From Candidatus Levyibacteriota bacterium (GTDB lineage Bacteria > Patescibacteriota > Microgenomatia > Levybacterales > UBA12049): a DNA stretch of 64,000 nucleotides. A model generated the notes under the pieces. The model was not told the DNA's origin. It did not search any database and was given only the letters and a program-made list of their open reading frames with translations. A program made the translations under genes and the position numbers. Positions 50,301-59,928 of this stretch are shown here, piece by piece (positions within the stretch are counted from its first letter, which is position 1; each line of letters starts with the position of its first letter). The stretch is from positions 9,113 through 73,112 of the forward strand of contig DAIDHL010000002.1 of assembly GCA_027459745.1 (NCBI GenBank). Reading direction: 5' to 3'.

Positions 50301-50654
50301 ATGGATTGGAATAATTGTTTGCAAAATATCACCAATAATGGCAATACGGTCGGACAAGCGGCTACATTAGGCTGTATTCCGGTACTTTTTTCTAACTTAG
50401 TAAACTCTGCCTTTATTTTTGCGGGTAGTATTGCTGTTATCTTTATCATCTGGTCAGGCATCCAATATATTATGTCCGGTGGAGACCCAAAAAAGGCCGA
50501 GACAGCACGTAAAACCATGACTTGGGCTATCATCGGGCTTTTACTTATTATCTTCTCTGTGGCGATTATAACCATCCTGGGATATATTACAGGAGCTCAT
50601 TGCATAACTTCTTTCGGTTTTACCAACTGTCAGACAAATATCACAGGTAATTAA
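50301..50654 (+). CDS. VirB2/TrbC-like pilin
   Basis: ATL.C, IIWSG.QY.MSGGDP.K.E.ARK.MTWAIIGL. Confidence 0.8.
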   Translation: MDWNNCLQNITNNGNTVGQAATLGCIPVLFSNLVNSAFIFAGSIAVIFIIWSGIQYIMSGGDPKKAETARKTMTWAIIGLLLIIFSVAIITILGYITGAHCITSFGFTNCQTNITGN

Positions 50655-50691
50655 AAACTCAACGTTCTTGGTAGAAAACCATCATTAGATC

Positions 50692-51063
50692 TTAATTCTG
50701 GTTGGTGGAGTCAGCTTTTTCATTCTGCAGTACTTCTTCTAACTTCTGCCGGGTTTCTTTCAACTCCTCCTGATCCAAATCCGCGGGTTTCAATTGTTGC
50801 ATTTCTGCTTCTGTCTTATTTTTTATTCTGATGTAGAAATCTTGATCAATCTTCTCGCCGTTTTCGCTTTCGTCGTCCAAAGCTTTTTGGATATTTCTGT
50901 CCAGTCTCAACTTGTACAAAGCATAATAAGCATCCCAAATCAATTCATCCAACTCTGATTTTTTATCCGAAGATATGATATCAATTTGTTCAAGTAATAG
51001 CTTCTTGAAATCCTCCGCTATGGGTAATAGTCTAATTAGGTTTTTAGTTGAGAAATCTTTCAT
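50692..51063 (-). CDS. small acidic helical hypothetical protein
   Basis: 123-aa ORF starting 6 nt after the stop of the 981-aa gene. Confidence 0.65.
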   Translation of the reverse strand: MKDFSTKNLIRLLPIAEDFKKLLLEQIDIISSDKKSELDELIWDAYYALYKLRLDRNIQKALDDESENGEKIDQDFYIRIKNKTEAEMQQLKPADLDQEELKETRQKLEEVLQNEKADSTNQN

Positions 51064-51069
51064 TATTTT

Positions 51070-54015
51070 CTATAAAGGATCTGCCAATTCTCTAATCTCT
51101 TTAATAATACTAGCACTCGCTTGGGCAAAATCATATGAAGAAATTACGTGGTTGTTTAACGCAGTGTAAACTTCAGTTAAAGTAGCGGTTAAATTAGGCG
51201 GAGTTCTGAAACCTCTAGGATGAGATAAAACAAAGTTATCTAACAAGTCGCAAAGCACATCAGGTGTTAAAGTTCTTGAAAGTAATCTAAAGCTTTCATT
51301 GGTATTTTCTCCTCGATATTGAAATAGCATATTCATAACTTCCAAGTAACCATAGGTATAAGCGGGATTGGCTTTTTCACTCGCCGATAATCTGGGATCA
51401 TCAGCATTTATAACCCCATTATTATCAAAATACTTTTCAGGGTGGATTTCTGAATCCTGACAAGCAATTCTCGCTTTTTCGAATTTACCTCCCAGGTTAA
51501 GAGATAACTTAAGAACATCTAATTCATCTTTACTAATTTGAGGCTCTTCAGACATATTAGCGGCTAATTCCTTTACCTCATTAACTTCATCCTGCACCAA
51601 CTCTCGTCTATTCCTCAGCCGAGCTTGATGCCGAGATCTAGCTTCATCTATAGCAAGAGCCAACCTTGGATCAGGCCCAGGAGCCGGCCATCGACCCTCT
51701 GCGACCATCATATCGTTTAATTCTGTCGCATCACGGGTTCTCAACATACGCTGACTTACTCCGAATCCCGTTAGATCTCGCAAAGCATCTTCGCGTGCTG
51801 TTCTGACAGCAGCTGGTCTTGTTGCTTCTTCTCTTCTGGCCTTGGCTTCGTTCATTAAATTTATTACCAGCAAACGGTGAGCAGCTGTATTGTTATCACC
51901 CTGAGACCACCCCACATTGGGATCCAAATTATGAGCCTCATTTATTCTCGCCAAAATCTGATTAACATTTTCCGATGCTAAGTGAGCCAAGTCTAACTGC
52001 ACTGCCGGATTTGCGGCTACTGCCCAACCTGTTATTTCCGTAAATTGTCTGCCCATATTATTCATCTGTCTGTCCCCATTCACATTAGCTCCGACTTTAT
52101 GCATTTCTCTCTCTTTTTCCTCGATTTCCAATTGAATTTGCTGAATATCAGTTATTTCTTTAGCTCGGTCTTTAGCTAATTGATTAATTTCAGCTAATCT
52201 ATCATTTAGCAACCCTTTATACATATCAATTATGCTCTTCGTTGTTTCGGCCCGAGCAGTAATAACTGAATCTGGTGTCCCAAGAGGAGGAGCAACATCC
52301 AATCCCAAATTATGTAAGGTAGTATCCCTTCTGGTATCATTATCTGTCCGAGCAGCTGCACGTTCAGCATCAAGAGCAGCCGGCTGATTTAAGGCCTCTC
52401 TCGTGGCAATAGCGGCAGCAATACCAGCTCTGCCTCCAGCTACCATATATGGATGAGCTGATAATTTTCTTATTGCTGCATCGACAGCGGCTTGAGCTTT
52501 ATCATATTCATCAAACTGTTTCTCTTCATCAGCTAAAATCCCTCCTTCTTTCATTAAATCCTCTTTTTGTGTTTGCAATTTTTTCTTTTCCGCCTCATAC
52601 ACCTTACCGCCTGCTTCTCTATCAGCTATTTTTTGCTTAATAACATCATCTCGTGAAATCTCTTCCTTATTTAAGACATCTATTGCCATCTCCGTTAAAT
52701 CATCCACCATACTTCGTTCTCTAGCTTGCTCCCATCGTTCTTTATTAACTATAAGATCTCCAGCATCTCCTCCTAAACGGTTAAACCAAGTCAAAACCTC
52801 TTCATCCATTTTTGTAGAAAGTTGTTGAATGGACGTTTCTGATCTACCAAAAAGTCCACCTCTTCTACGTCTAGTGTAAGCAGTTCCTCCTTGCAAATAT
52901 TGTTCTGGTAAGGCTGCAATATCTTTCGGTGGAATCCCTAATTTTTGTAAGGTTTGGAAGCGGGTCAATAAATATTCTACCGTTTGATTTTTTAGATTCT
53001 CAGGACTTACTACACTTTCGGCATCTCTGCCTCGTACACGTCTTAACGTTCCCCCTGCTATTCCAAAGTCATCCATGTCCAACCCAGTCATTTGTTTTAT
53101 AAACTGTCTTTCTATGGCCTTATGTTGCTGAACATCTACTGGATCCGTATCACGGTGCGCAAGACTTTCAAATCCGTTCACACAACTTTCCAAACTGATA
53201 GTCAAACCTTTTTTGCGTAAAGAATTAATAGCAGCTCCTAATCCAACCACACCGACACCGGCCGCACCACCCGCCGCGGCCGACCATGGAAAAGCAAGTG
53301 GCAAAACTTTACTTCCAATTAGAGCTCCGATGCCTCCTCCTGCACCCGTGATACCTGCTCTACCAATAACTTTGCCAATAGAACCAAGATTTGGCTCTAT
53401 TTTGTCATGCCAAACTTTATTTAGGACACCTTGATCAACCCCTAAATGAATGTTTTCATTTTGAACCACCTCGTTGCGCCTGAGTTCAGGATTACTTACA
53501 ACTTGCATACCCAAGGCAAAAAGCCTACGGGCAATATCCTGTTCCATTAACTTCATAGTTAATTTCCAACCTTTAGGATCCTTTAAAAACTCTCTTATCT
53601 TATTTTGGTCCGGCTTATACCCTATAATTTGATTGCTATTGCTGCTATCAATAATTGGAGAGCCTAATAGCTCAAATAGCTTTCTATCCGTGGTATGATA
53701 ATCACTGCGAAGCAGATCGTAATAGGTTCTGCCAGAACCTCTAGTTGGATCGAGTGAATTGGGAATTTCTGTCTTAGCTAAATCACTTAGTCTGGTAAGG
53801 TAATTTTCTAAAAAGGCGGCATGCTCATTAGTTAACTCCGTGCCAAAGTCCACTTCTCTACTACCTTTTATTGAAGGATTTATAAGGAATTCTGTTAATT
53901 GAAATGTCTGACCGCTTTTTACTTCACCTTTTGATTCCGCAGAACTATTTTTTTTCTCACCCTTTTTGGCTTCTTTCCCTTCTTCTCCTGTGTGAACTTC
54001 AGCTAAATCCGGCAT
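51070..54015 (-). CDS. large hypothetical protein with a glycine-zipper TM hairpin and coiled coils
   Basis: GITGAGGGIGALIG...AAAGGAAGVGVVGLG followed by long heptad-rich regions. Confidence 0.75.
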   Translation of the reverse strand: MPDLAEVHTGEEGKEAKKGEKKNSSAESKGEVKSGQTFQLTEFLINPSIKGSREVDFGTELTNEHAAFLENYLTRLSDLAKTEIPNSLDPTRGSGRTYYDLLRSDYHTTDRKLFELLGSPIIDSSNSNQIIGYKPDQNKIREFLKDPKGWKLTMKLMEQDIARRLFALGMQVVSNPELRRNEVVQNENIHLGVDQGVLNKVWHDKIEPNLGSIGKVIGRAGITGAGGGIGALIGSKVLPLAFPWSAAAGGAAGVGVVGLGAAINSLRKKGLTISLESCVNGFESLAHRDTDPVDVQQHKAIERQFIKQMTGLDMDDFGIAGGTLRRVRGRDAESVVSPENLKNQTVEYLLTRFQTLQKLGIPPKDIAALPEQYLQGGTAYTRRRRGGLFGRSETSIQQLSTKMDEEVLTWFNRLGGDAGDLIVNKERWEQARERSMVDDLTEMAIDVLNKEEISRDDVIKQKIADREAGGKVYEAEKKKLQTQKEDLMKEGGILADEEKQFDEYDKAQAAVDAAIRKLSAHPYMVAGGRAGIAAAIATREALNQPAALDAERAAARTDNDTRRDTTLHNLGLDVAPPLGTPDSVITARAETTKSIIDMYKGLLNDRLAEINQLAKDRAKEITDIQQIQLEIEEKEREMHKVGANVNGDRQMNNMGRQFTEITGWAVAANPAVQLDLAHLASENVNQILARINEAHNLDPNVGWSQGDNNTAAHRLLVINLMNEAKARREEATRPAAVRTAREDALRDLTGFGVSQRMLRTRDATELNDMMVAEGRWPAPGPDPRLALAIDEARSRHQARLRNRRELVQDEVNEVKELAANMSEEPQISKDELDVLKLSLNLGGKFEKARIACQDSEIHPEKYFDNNGVINADDPRLSASEKANPAYTYGYLEVMNMLFQYRGENTNESFRLLSRTLTPDVLCDLLDNFVLSHPRGFRTPPNLTATLTEVYTALNNHVISSYDFAQASASIIKEIRELADPL

Positions 54016-54070
54016 ACACTTAATTATTACTTGATTATCTTCTAATAATCAAGTAAGCTTTAGCTATAAT

Positions 54071-55405
54071 ATGCCTGAAGCAGTAGATACACCACTAACC
54101 TCCCTGACTCCAGATACTGTCTTAACCCCAACAGAGCAAACTGTGATACCTTCGTTAGAGCCAGAAGACAGTGATACGGGCTCTTTAGTAAAACCTGCTA
54201 CAGAAGCCAGCAACATATCTGCCATAGACATCGCAAAAGAGATTGTCCATACTCCAACTAAAGAAAGTATAGGAGCTGATTTAAACACTGTGGCTAATGC
54301 CTTAATCAATCGAGCAGCAAGAAAAGCTCAAAAAGATTATCTGAGTACTGAAGACAAAATGGACTTGCCGGAAGGAGAAAGACTCTTGTATTTAATAAAT
54401 AAGACGTCTGAATTATGTGCTAATGCTAAGGATAAAATTTCTTATGCTGATGATCCAATAACTGACGTCACTTTAAGCACTATTGAACTAATTGACCCAG
54501 CAACTAAAGAAAAGGGTCATATTGTTGGAATAATAGAAGTTTCTCCCAAGACGGAGGATTCTCCTCAAAACCTACAACTAGAAATTAAAACAGCAAAGGG
54601 AACAACTATTACCATTACATTAACACCTGATGAATTACGTCAACAAATTTTTAAAGAACATGCAGCGAGTATTATAGAATACATGTCTGATTCTGATGAC
54701 TCAAAATCAATACTAGAAATCTATGGTCAACAATTGCATGATGGGAAAATGCCCGACAAGTTACCAGATAAATTAGCTGATACATTGGAAAATAAAGCAG
54801 GGGAAATGGGTTTAGTCATGGCTTCGAGGGCAAGAGAGATTCTGGAACCTATTTTACACAATAAAGATATTCCTATAACCGAGAAGGATTCTATTATTAG
54901 AGTTTTGAATGACATTGGTGGAAGAAAAGTAATTGATAAAGATACTATGACTGCAATAGCTGATGTTTTATTTAATCAACGCCTCAAACTCCTGTCCTCA
55001 AATCACAATGCACTTCTTGATAGTGGTGAATATGAGAAGGCTGAAAGACTGAATAGAGAAATGGAGGTATGTCGTCAAGTATTAGACAAGGGCGAAAATA
55101 GCCTGATTTCTCGTTTTTTCACTAAAGTAGAACAAGGAGACGTACCCGAGGAAGCGTTAGCGGTTATGAACCAGATGCTGGAAACAAATAATCCCCGGGG
55201 GTTTATTCAAAACTTAATTTCACAAATCCAACATGATCCTGATTTGAGCCCAGAAGAAAAAGAGGAAAAAATAGCTGCACTTAAGAGTATTCCTTTCTCT
55301 GTGGGACCTGGAATATTTGATACACTTTTTGCGGTGGTACTGGGGATAGGCTCAGAAGTTATCCTCAATGGAGTATTGGCGAAAGGCTCACATATTGCTG
55401 ATTAA
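54071..55405 (+). CDS. acidic hypothetical protein with a hydrophobic C-terminus
   Basis: 444-aa ORF transcribed divergently from the 981-aa gene. Confidence 0.7.
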   Translation: MPEAVDTPLTSLTPDTVLTPTEQTVIPSLEPEDSDTGSLVKPATEASNISAIDIAKEIVHTPTKESIGADLNTVANALINRAARKAQKDYLSTEDKMDLPEGERLLYLINKTSELCANAKDKISYADDPITDVTLSTIELIDPATKEKGHIVGIIEVSPKTEDSPQNLQLEIKTAKGTTITITLTPDELRQQIFKEHAASIIEYMSDSDDSKSILEIYGQQLHDGKMPDKLPDKLADTLENKAGEMGLVMASRAREILEPILHNKDIPITEKDSIIRVLNDIGGRKVIDKDTMTAIADVLFNQRLKLLSSNHNALLDSGEYEKAERLNREMEVCRQVLDKGENSLISRFFTKVEQGDVPEEALAVMNQMLETNNPRGFIQNLISQIQHDPDLSPEEKEEKIAALKSIPFSVGPGIFDTLFAVVLGIGSEVILNGVLAKGSHIAD

Positions 55406-55509
55406 AACTTTTCACAAAATCGGCACCACTTAGGCCTATATTTGACCCACTTTGATAATCTTGAACACAGATTTTTCACGTTATACACTTTTTGTAGGAG
55501 TGAGATACT

Positions 55510-57051
55510 ATGGAAAGCAATCATCCCATACCACAAGACGTCACAGGATTTCAGTTTAAATTAATCGGCGCTATGACCGTCAAGCAGTTTTTGTATTTGG
55601 CTGTGCCCTCAGTTGTGGCCTGGGTACTCTATTCCGCACCGTTCTTGCCCTGGTTTATCAAATTCCCCTTGATTATTATTTTGGCAGTATCAGCTGTAGT
55701 CATGGCTTTTTTACCCATTGAAGGAAGACCGGCCGATGTAATGTTAAAGCATTTTTTTGAAGCGTTATTCGCTCCCAATCAGTTTATATATCAAAAAACA
55801 GGACAAAAGTTGGCATTTACAACCATTTCACCCCCCCCAATCTCTCAAAAACCAATGGTTAATCCAATTCTGCAGGCAGAACAAATAAAAACTCGGCAGT
55901 TGCAGGCTTTGTTGCAATCTTCTCAACATGAAAATATGATGGATGATCGTGAATCGTCTTTTATGCAAAAAGTTTCTTCTCTTATGCCTACACCTACAGT
56001 GGTTAACCAAACTGCTACTAGCCCTAGTAGTAAAGGTATTCTGTCCTTTCATCTTCCACAAATTTTTTCTAAACCGTTAGCCTCCAAACCAGTGCTTTCT
56101 AACTTCAAAATGGTTGATTTGGGAGACCAATCAGAGCCAGACATGAAACCTGAGGTAAAAGACCAACCTAAAGAGGCAGATTTAGTAACCCCGGTTACAA
56201 CCCTTCCTCCCGCCCCCGTTATGACCTCTCCAGTGCAGACAACCTCAACTACGAGCATTCCTGCTGTACCTCAAACTATCAACAATCCAATTGCTTCAGT
56301 AGGAGAATCTATTTCTGTGCCTATTACTACACCTGTCACACCTCCTTACCCCAAACCGATGACCTCGTCGCCATCTATTCCTCAGCCTACCCCAAATTAC
56401 GATGCGCAGTTACAACAACTGCAGGCTGAGAAAGAACGTATGGAAAAAGAATTAGCGGAGTTGAAAAAACAAAAAATACAATCTGTTGCGTCTGAACCGC
56501 AAATAATAACCCAAGCAGTAAATACCCCTGTAACAAGCAAGCAGCCTGTGATAAGTTCTCCGGCTACTACAGTTGATCCATTGCCAACACCATCAACCAC
56601 GCCACCAATTAACCAATCCACCCAACAAAGCTCCTCGTCGAATAATTCAACCTCTATCCTTCCTCAAACCTCAGATGGTGTTCAATCACCACATGTGGCA
56701 AAGATTCCAGCGGCTATGGCTAAAAATATGGGGCTACCATCAATTCCTGATTCTCCTAACTTAATTACAGGGATTGTGCGTGATCCACGGGGAAATATTC
56801 TTCCCAACATTCTGGTTGAAGTTAAAGATAAAGAAGGCAATCCAGTCCGTGCTTTTAAGACCAATCAGCTGGGTCAATTTGCCTCAGCCACTCCGCTACT
56901 CAATGGCACGTATACTATAAATTTTGAAGATCTTACAGGTCAGCATAAATTTGATGTTATTGAAATTGTAGCCAAGGGCACAGTCTTATTGCCGATTGGC
57001 ATAGTCTCTCATGATGCTCGAGAAGAATTACGCAAAGCATTGTTTACTTAA
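55510..57051 (+). CDS. PrgI family protein with a Pro/Thr linker and C-terminal carboxypeptidase-regulatory-like domain
   Basis: HPIPQDV..F.FKLIG.MT.KQF, two TMs, and ..G.V.D..G..L....VEV.D..G...RA.KTN.LG.F. Confidence 0.8.
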   Translation: MESNHPIPQDVTGFQFKLIGAMTVKQFLYLAVPSVVAWVLYSAPFLPWFIKFPLIIILAVSAVVMAFLPIEGRPADVMLKHFFEALFAPNQFIYQKTGQKLAFTTISPPPISQKPMVNPILQAEQIKTRQLQALLQSSQHENMMDDRESSFMQKVSSLMPTPTVVNQTATSPSSKGILSFHLPQIFSKPLASKPVLSNFKMVDLGDQSEPDMKPEVKDQPKEADLVTPVTTLPPAPVMTSPVQTTSTTSIPAVPQTINNPIASVGESISVPITTPVTPPYPKPMTSSPSIPQPTPNYDAQLQQLQAEKERMEKELAELKKQKIQSVASEPQIITQAVNTPVTSKQPVISSPATTVDPLPTPSTTPPINQSTQQSSSSNNSTSILPQTSDGVQSPHVAKIPAAMAKNMGLPSIPDSPNLITGIVRDPRGNILPNILVEVKDKEGNPVRAFKTNQLGQFASATPLLNGTYTINFEDLTGQHKFDVIEIVAKGTVLLPIGIVSHDAREELRKALFT

Positions 57052-57056
57052 AAACC

Positions 57057-57707
57057 ATGGCTGCCCAAAAAATTCATTCATCAACACAAAAATTTACCGA
57101 AATTGTCGATATAGTCGATAACATTGTGGTACTGGAGGGCGGCTATGCTTGTGTGGTTATTGAACTCACAGCTACTAATTTTGCCTTATTGTCTCGACAG
57201 GAACAGGATGCCAAGATCTATGCCTATGCGGGTTTACTTAACTCGTTAAATTTCCCTATACAAATTTTAGTACGTAACAAAAGGGTAGATATTACTTCTT
57301 ATATTAATCAACTTGAAGATGCAGAAAAACGCACAACCAACAATCAGTTAAAAGATCAAATCGAGCAATACAAGAGTTTTGTTAATGAAATGGTGACAGT
57401 AAACGTAGTCTTAAATAAGCAGTTTTACATCGTTATTTCATACTCGTCACTTGAAGGCGGTATTGGAGCTATTGCACCAGGTAAAGGCAGTCAGAAAGAT
57501 GCTTTTGTAGCTGCGGCCAGCAAAACCTTATTAACTAAAGCGGAATCTATTCATGGTCAGCTTAATCAGCTGGCGAGCACGGCAAAACTTCTGGAACGAG
57601 AAGAATTAATTAAATTATTTTATGATATTTATAACAACGATATTGTGGAACCAAACCAAATAGTTACAGATATTACAACGCCGATAATTCAGTCGGCAAG
57701 TAAGTAG
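57057..57707 (+). CDS. conserved VirB4-associated protein (TraC/VirB4 N-terminal-like)
   Basis: STQ.F..I..I.D, NF.L.S..EQ.A....Y...LNSL.F..QI, FY.V. Confidence 0.65.
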   Translation: MAAQKIHSSTQKFTEIVDIVDNIVVLEGGYACVVIELTATNFALLSRQEQDAKIYAYAGLLNSLNFPIQILVRNKRVDITSYINQLEDAEKRTTNNQLKDQIEQYKSFVNEMVTVNVVLNKQFYIVISYSSLEGGIGAIAPGKGSQKDAFVAAASKTLLTKAESIHGQLNQLASTAKLLEREELIKLFYDIYNNDIVEPNQIVTDITTPIIQSASK

Positions 57708-57759
57708 TAGTAAGGTTATTTACTTTTACCCAACTAGGGAAGTCTGAATTAATTTAAAT

Positions 57760-59889
57760 ATGGCTTTATTTAACAAAAAAAGAAATCAAAAGACGGAGAA
57801 CTCTCCGATGGCGGCTGCTCAAGCAGCCGGAGACAAAGCAGTGCAGCAATTGCAAAAAGGCATGGTCTCACTGGTTGATATTATCGCCCCTTCATCGATT
57901 GAAGTAGATTTTAAATATATTCGTATCGGCGAGACCTACTATACGACACTATTTGTAGTTGGCTATCCACGCTTTGTTTCCACCAACTGGCTACAACCTC
58001 TGGTCGATTTTGATCATACTTTGGATATTTCTATGTTTGCCTATCCAACCTCGGGCGCGGACGTATTGGGAGATTTGAAACGTAAAATTGCGGAGATGGA
58101 AGCCACTATTTCTTCGGATATAGAACGTGGCAAACCGGCTGACCCAACCGTTCAGGCAGCCTTGGAAGATGCTCTAGCTTTACAGGAAGAATTGGCCAAG
58201 GGTATTGAAAGATTTTTCCAATTTAGCTTTTATATCACTATTTCTGCTGAGAGTTTACCTGATCTAGTTGATACAGAAAAAAGACTGAAAACCACGCTGG
58301 CCTCAGTCTTGTTAAGCGCCAAGTCCGCGACATTGCAAATGGAAGATGGCTTTAAAACCACCTTACCGATCGCTCAAGACCGCTTGGCTATCACTCGCAA
58401 TATGGACACCACCTCTTTGGCTTCCACCTTTCCTTTTACATCGGCTGTATTAACGCAAAACAAAGGAGTATTGTATGGATTAAATCGACAAAATGGCTCA
58501 TTAATTATCTTTGATCGCTTCTCCTTAGAAAATGCCAATGAAGTCGTATTGGGTAAATCCGGCTCTGGAAAATCTTATACTATCAAACTGGAAATTATGC
58601 GCCAGTTTATGTTAGGCGCCGAAGTAATTGTCATTGATCCAGAAGGAGAATATGAGACCCTTACCCAGGCTATGGGAGGAGAAGTTGTCAGTTTCTCTGC
58701 CAATGATCCCATTAAGATTAATCCTTTTGACTTATCTGAATTATATGAAGAAGGTGAAAACGAGCTAGGACTAAAAATATTATCTTTGCATGGTCTGTTA
58801 AAAATCATCATGGGAAATATTGACGCCGAACATGAGGCTATATTAGATAAGGCCCTGGTTGAGACCTACCGCCAAAAGGGCATTACCCCTGACCCTGCTA
58901 CACAAAAGAAAGATCCTCCCCTAATGGAAGATTTGTATAAAGTTTTATTGGGTTATGAAAATGCAGCTGCACGAGAATTGGCTTATCGTTTGGAAAAGTT
59001 TATCAAGGGCTCAGCTGCTGGGATTTTCAACCAGAAATCAAACTTTGATTTAAAGAACCCTTTAACCGTTTTTAATATCAAACAACTAGAAGAAGACTTA
59101 CGTCCGATTGCCATGCATATCATTCTGGATTTTGTCTGGACGAAAGTTAAAAAGAGCTTAAAGAAACGTGTTTTAGTATTAGATGAAGCCTGGTACATGA
59201 TGAAGTACCAAGATTCAGCCTCATTTGTTTACTCAATCGCCAAACGTGCAAGAAAGTATTACTTAGGCATGACGACTGCCACTCAGGATGTAGAAGATTT
59301 TCTTTCCACTGACTACGGAAAAGCCGTTTTGACCAATTCTTCTATTCAAGTTTTACTCAAGCAGGGCACGGCAGAAGTTGATATGGTTTCGGAAACTTTT
59401 TACCTTACAGAAGGTGAAAAAGAACTACTAGTGTCTGCTGATATCGGGGAAGGATTATTTTTTGCCGGACAGAACCATGTTGCAATCAAAATTATTGCAG
59501 CGCCTTACGAGAATGATATGATTACTTCCAACCCAGCCGAATTACTTAAACAACAACAAGACATGCAAGAACAAGCCGCAGTAGAAGATGCAATCGCACA
59601 ACCTCCTGTAGAGACGACGAATAGTTATGCTAAAAAGACTGATGATTTAATTGGATCTTTAGATGAAAGGGCAAAACAAATTGCAAATCAATTTGCACAA
59701 CCAACTTCTGCTGCTGTTCCCAATATTTCTCCTATAATAAATACTGAAAATATAACGTCTACACCTATATCTGTTAGCGCTCAGCCGGCACAAACCAACC
59801 TTACTGCTCCAGTCCAATCTTTTCAGCCTCCAATACCAACAGCCATACCTACTCAACCAACACCCGCGGATCCCGCCAAACCGTTTTAG
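57760..59889 (+). CDS. virB4: VirB4-like type IV secretion ATPase
   Basis: GKSGSGKS Walker A, IDPEGEY, INPFD, VLDEAW Walker B, KRARKY, TQ. Confidence 0.9.
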   Translation: MALFNKKRNQKTENSPMAAAQAAGDKAVQQLQKGMVSLVDIIAPSSIEVDFKYIRIGETYYTTLFVVGYPRFVSTNWLQPLVDFDHTLDISMFAYPTSGADVLGDLKRKIAEMEATISSDIERGKPADPTVQAALEDALALQEELAKGIERFFQFSFYITISAESLPDLVDTEKRLKTTLASVLLSAKSATLQMEDGFKTTLPIAQDRLAITRNMDTTSLASTFPFTSAVLTQNKGVLYGLNRQNGSLIIFDRFSLENANEVVLGKSGSGKSYTIKLEIMRQFMLGAEVIVIDPEGEYETLTQAMGGEVVSFSANDPIKINPFDLSELYEEGENELGLKILSLHGLLKIIMGNIDAEHEAILDKALVETYRQKGITPDPATQKKDPPLMEDLYKVLLGYENAAARELAYRLEKFIKGSAAGIFNQKSNFDLKNPLTVFNIKQLEEDLRPIAMHIILDFVWTKVKKSLKKRVLVLDEAWYMMKYQDSASFVYSIAKRARKYYLGMTTATQDVEDFLSTDYGKAVLTNSSIQVLLKQGTAEVDMVSETFYLTEGEKELLVSADIGEGLFFAGQNHVAIKIIAAPYENDMITSNPAELLKQQQDMQEQAAVEDAIAQPPVETTNSYAKKTDDLIGSLDERAKQIANQFAQPTSAAVPNISPIINTENITSTPISVSAQPAQTNLTAPVQSFQPPIPTAIPTQPTPADPAKPF

Positions 59890-59928
59890 ACGATTAACAC
59901 TCTTCAGACTGTATAGTATACTGAGAAT

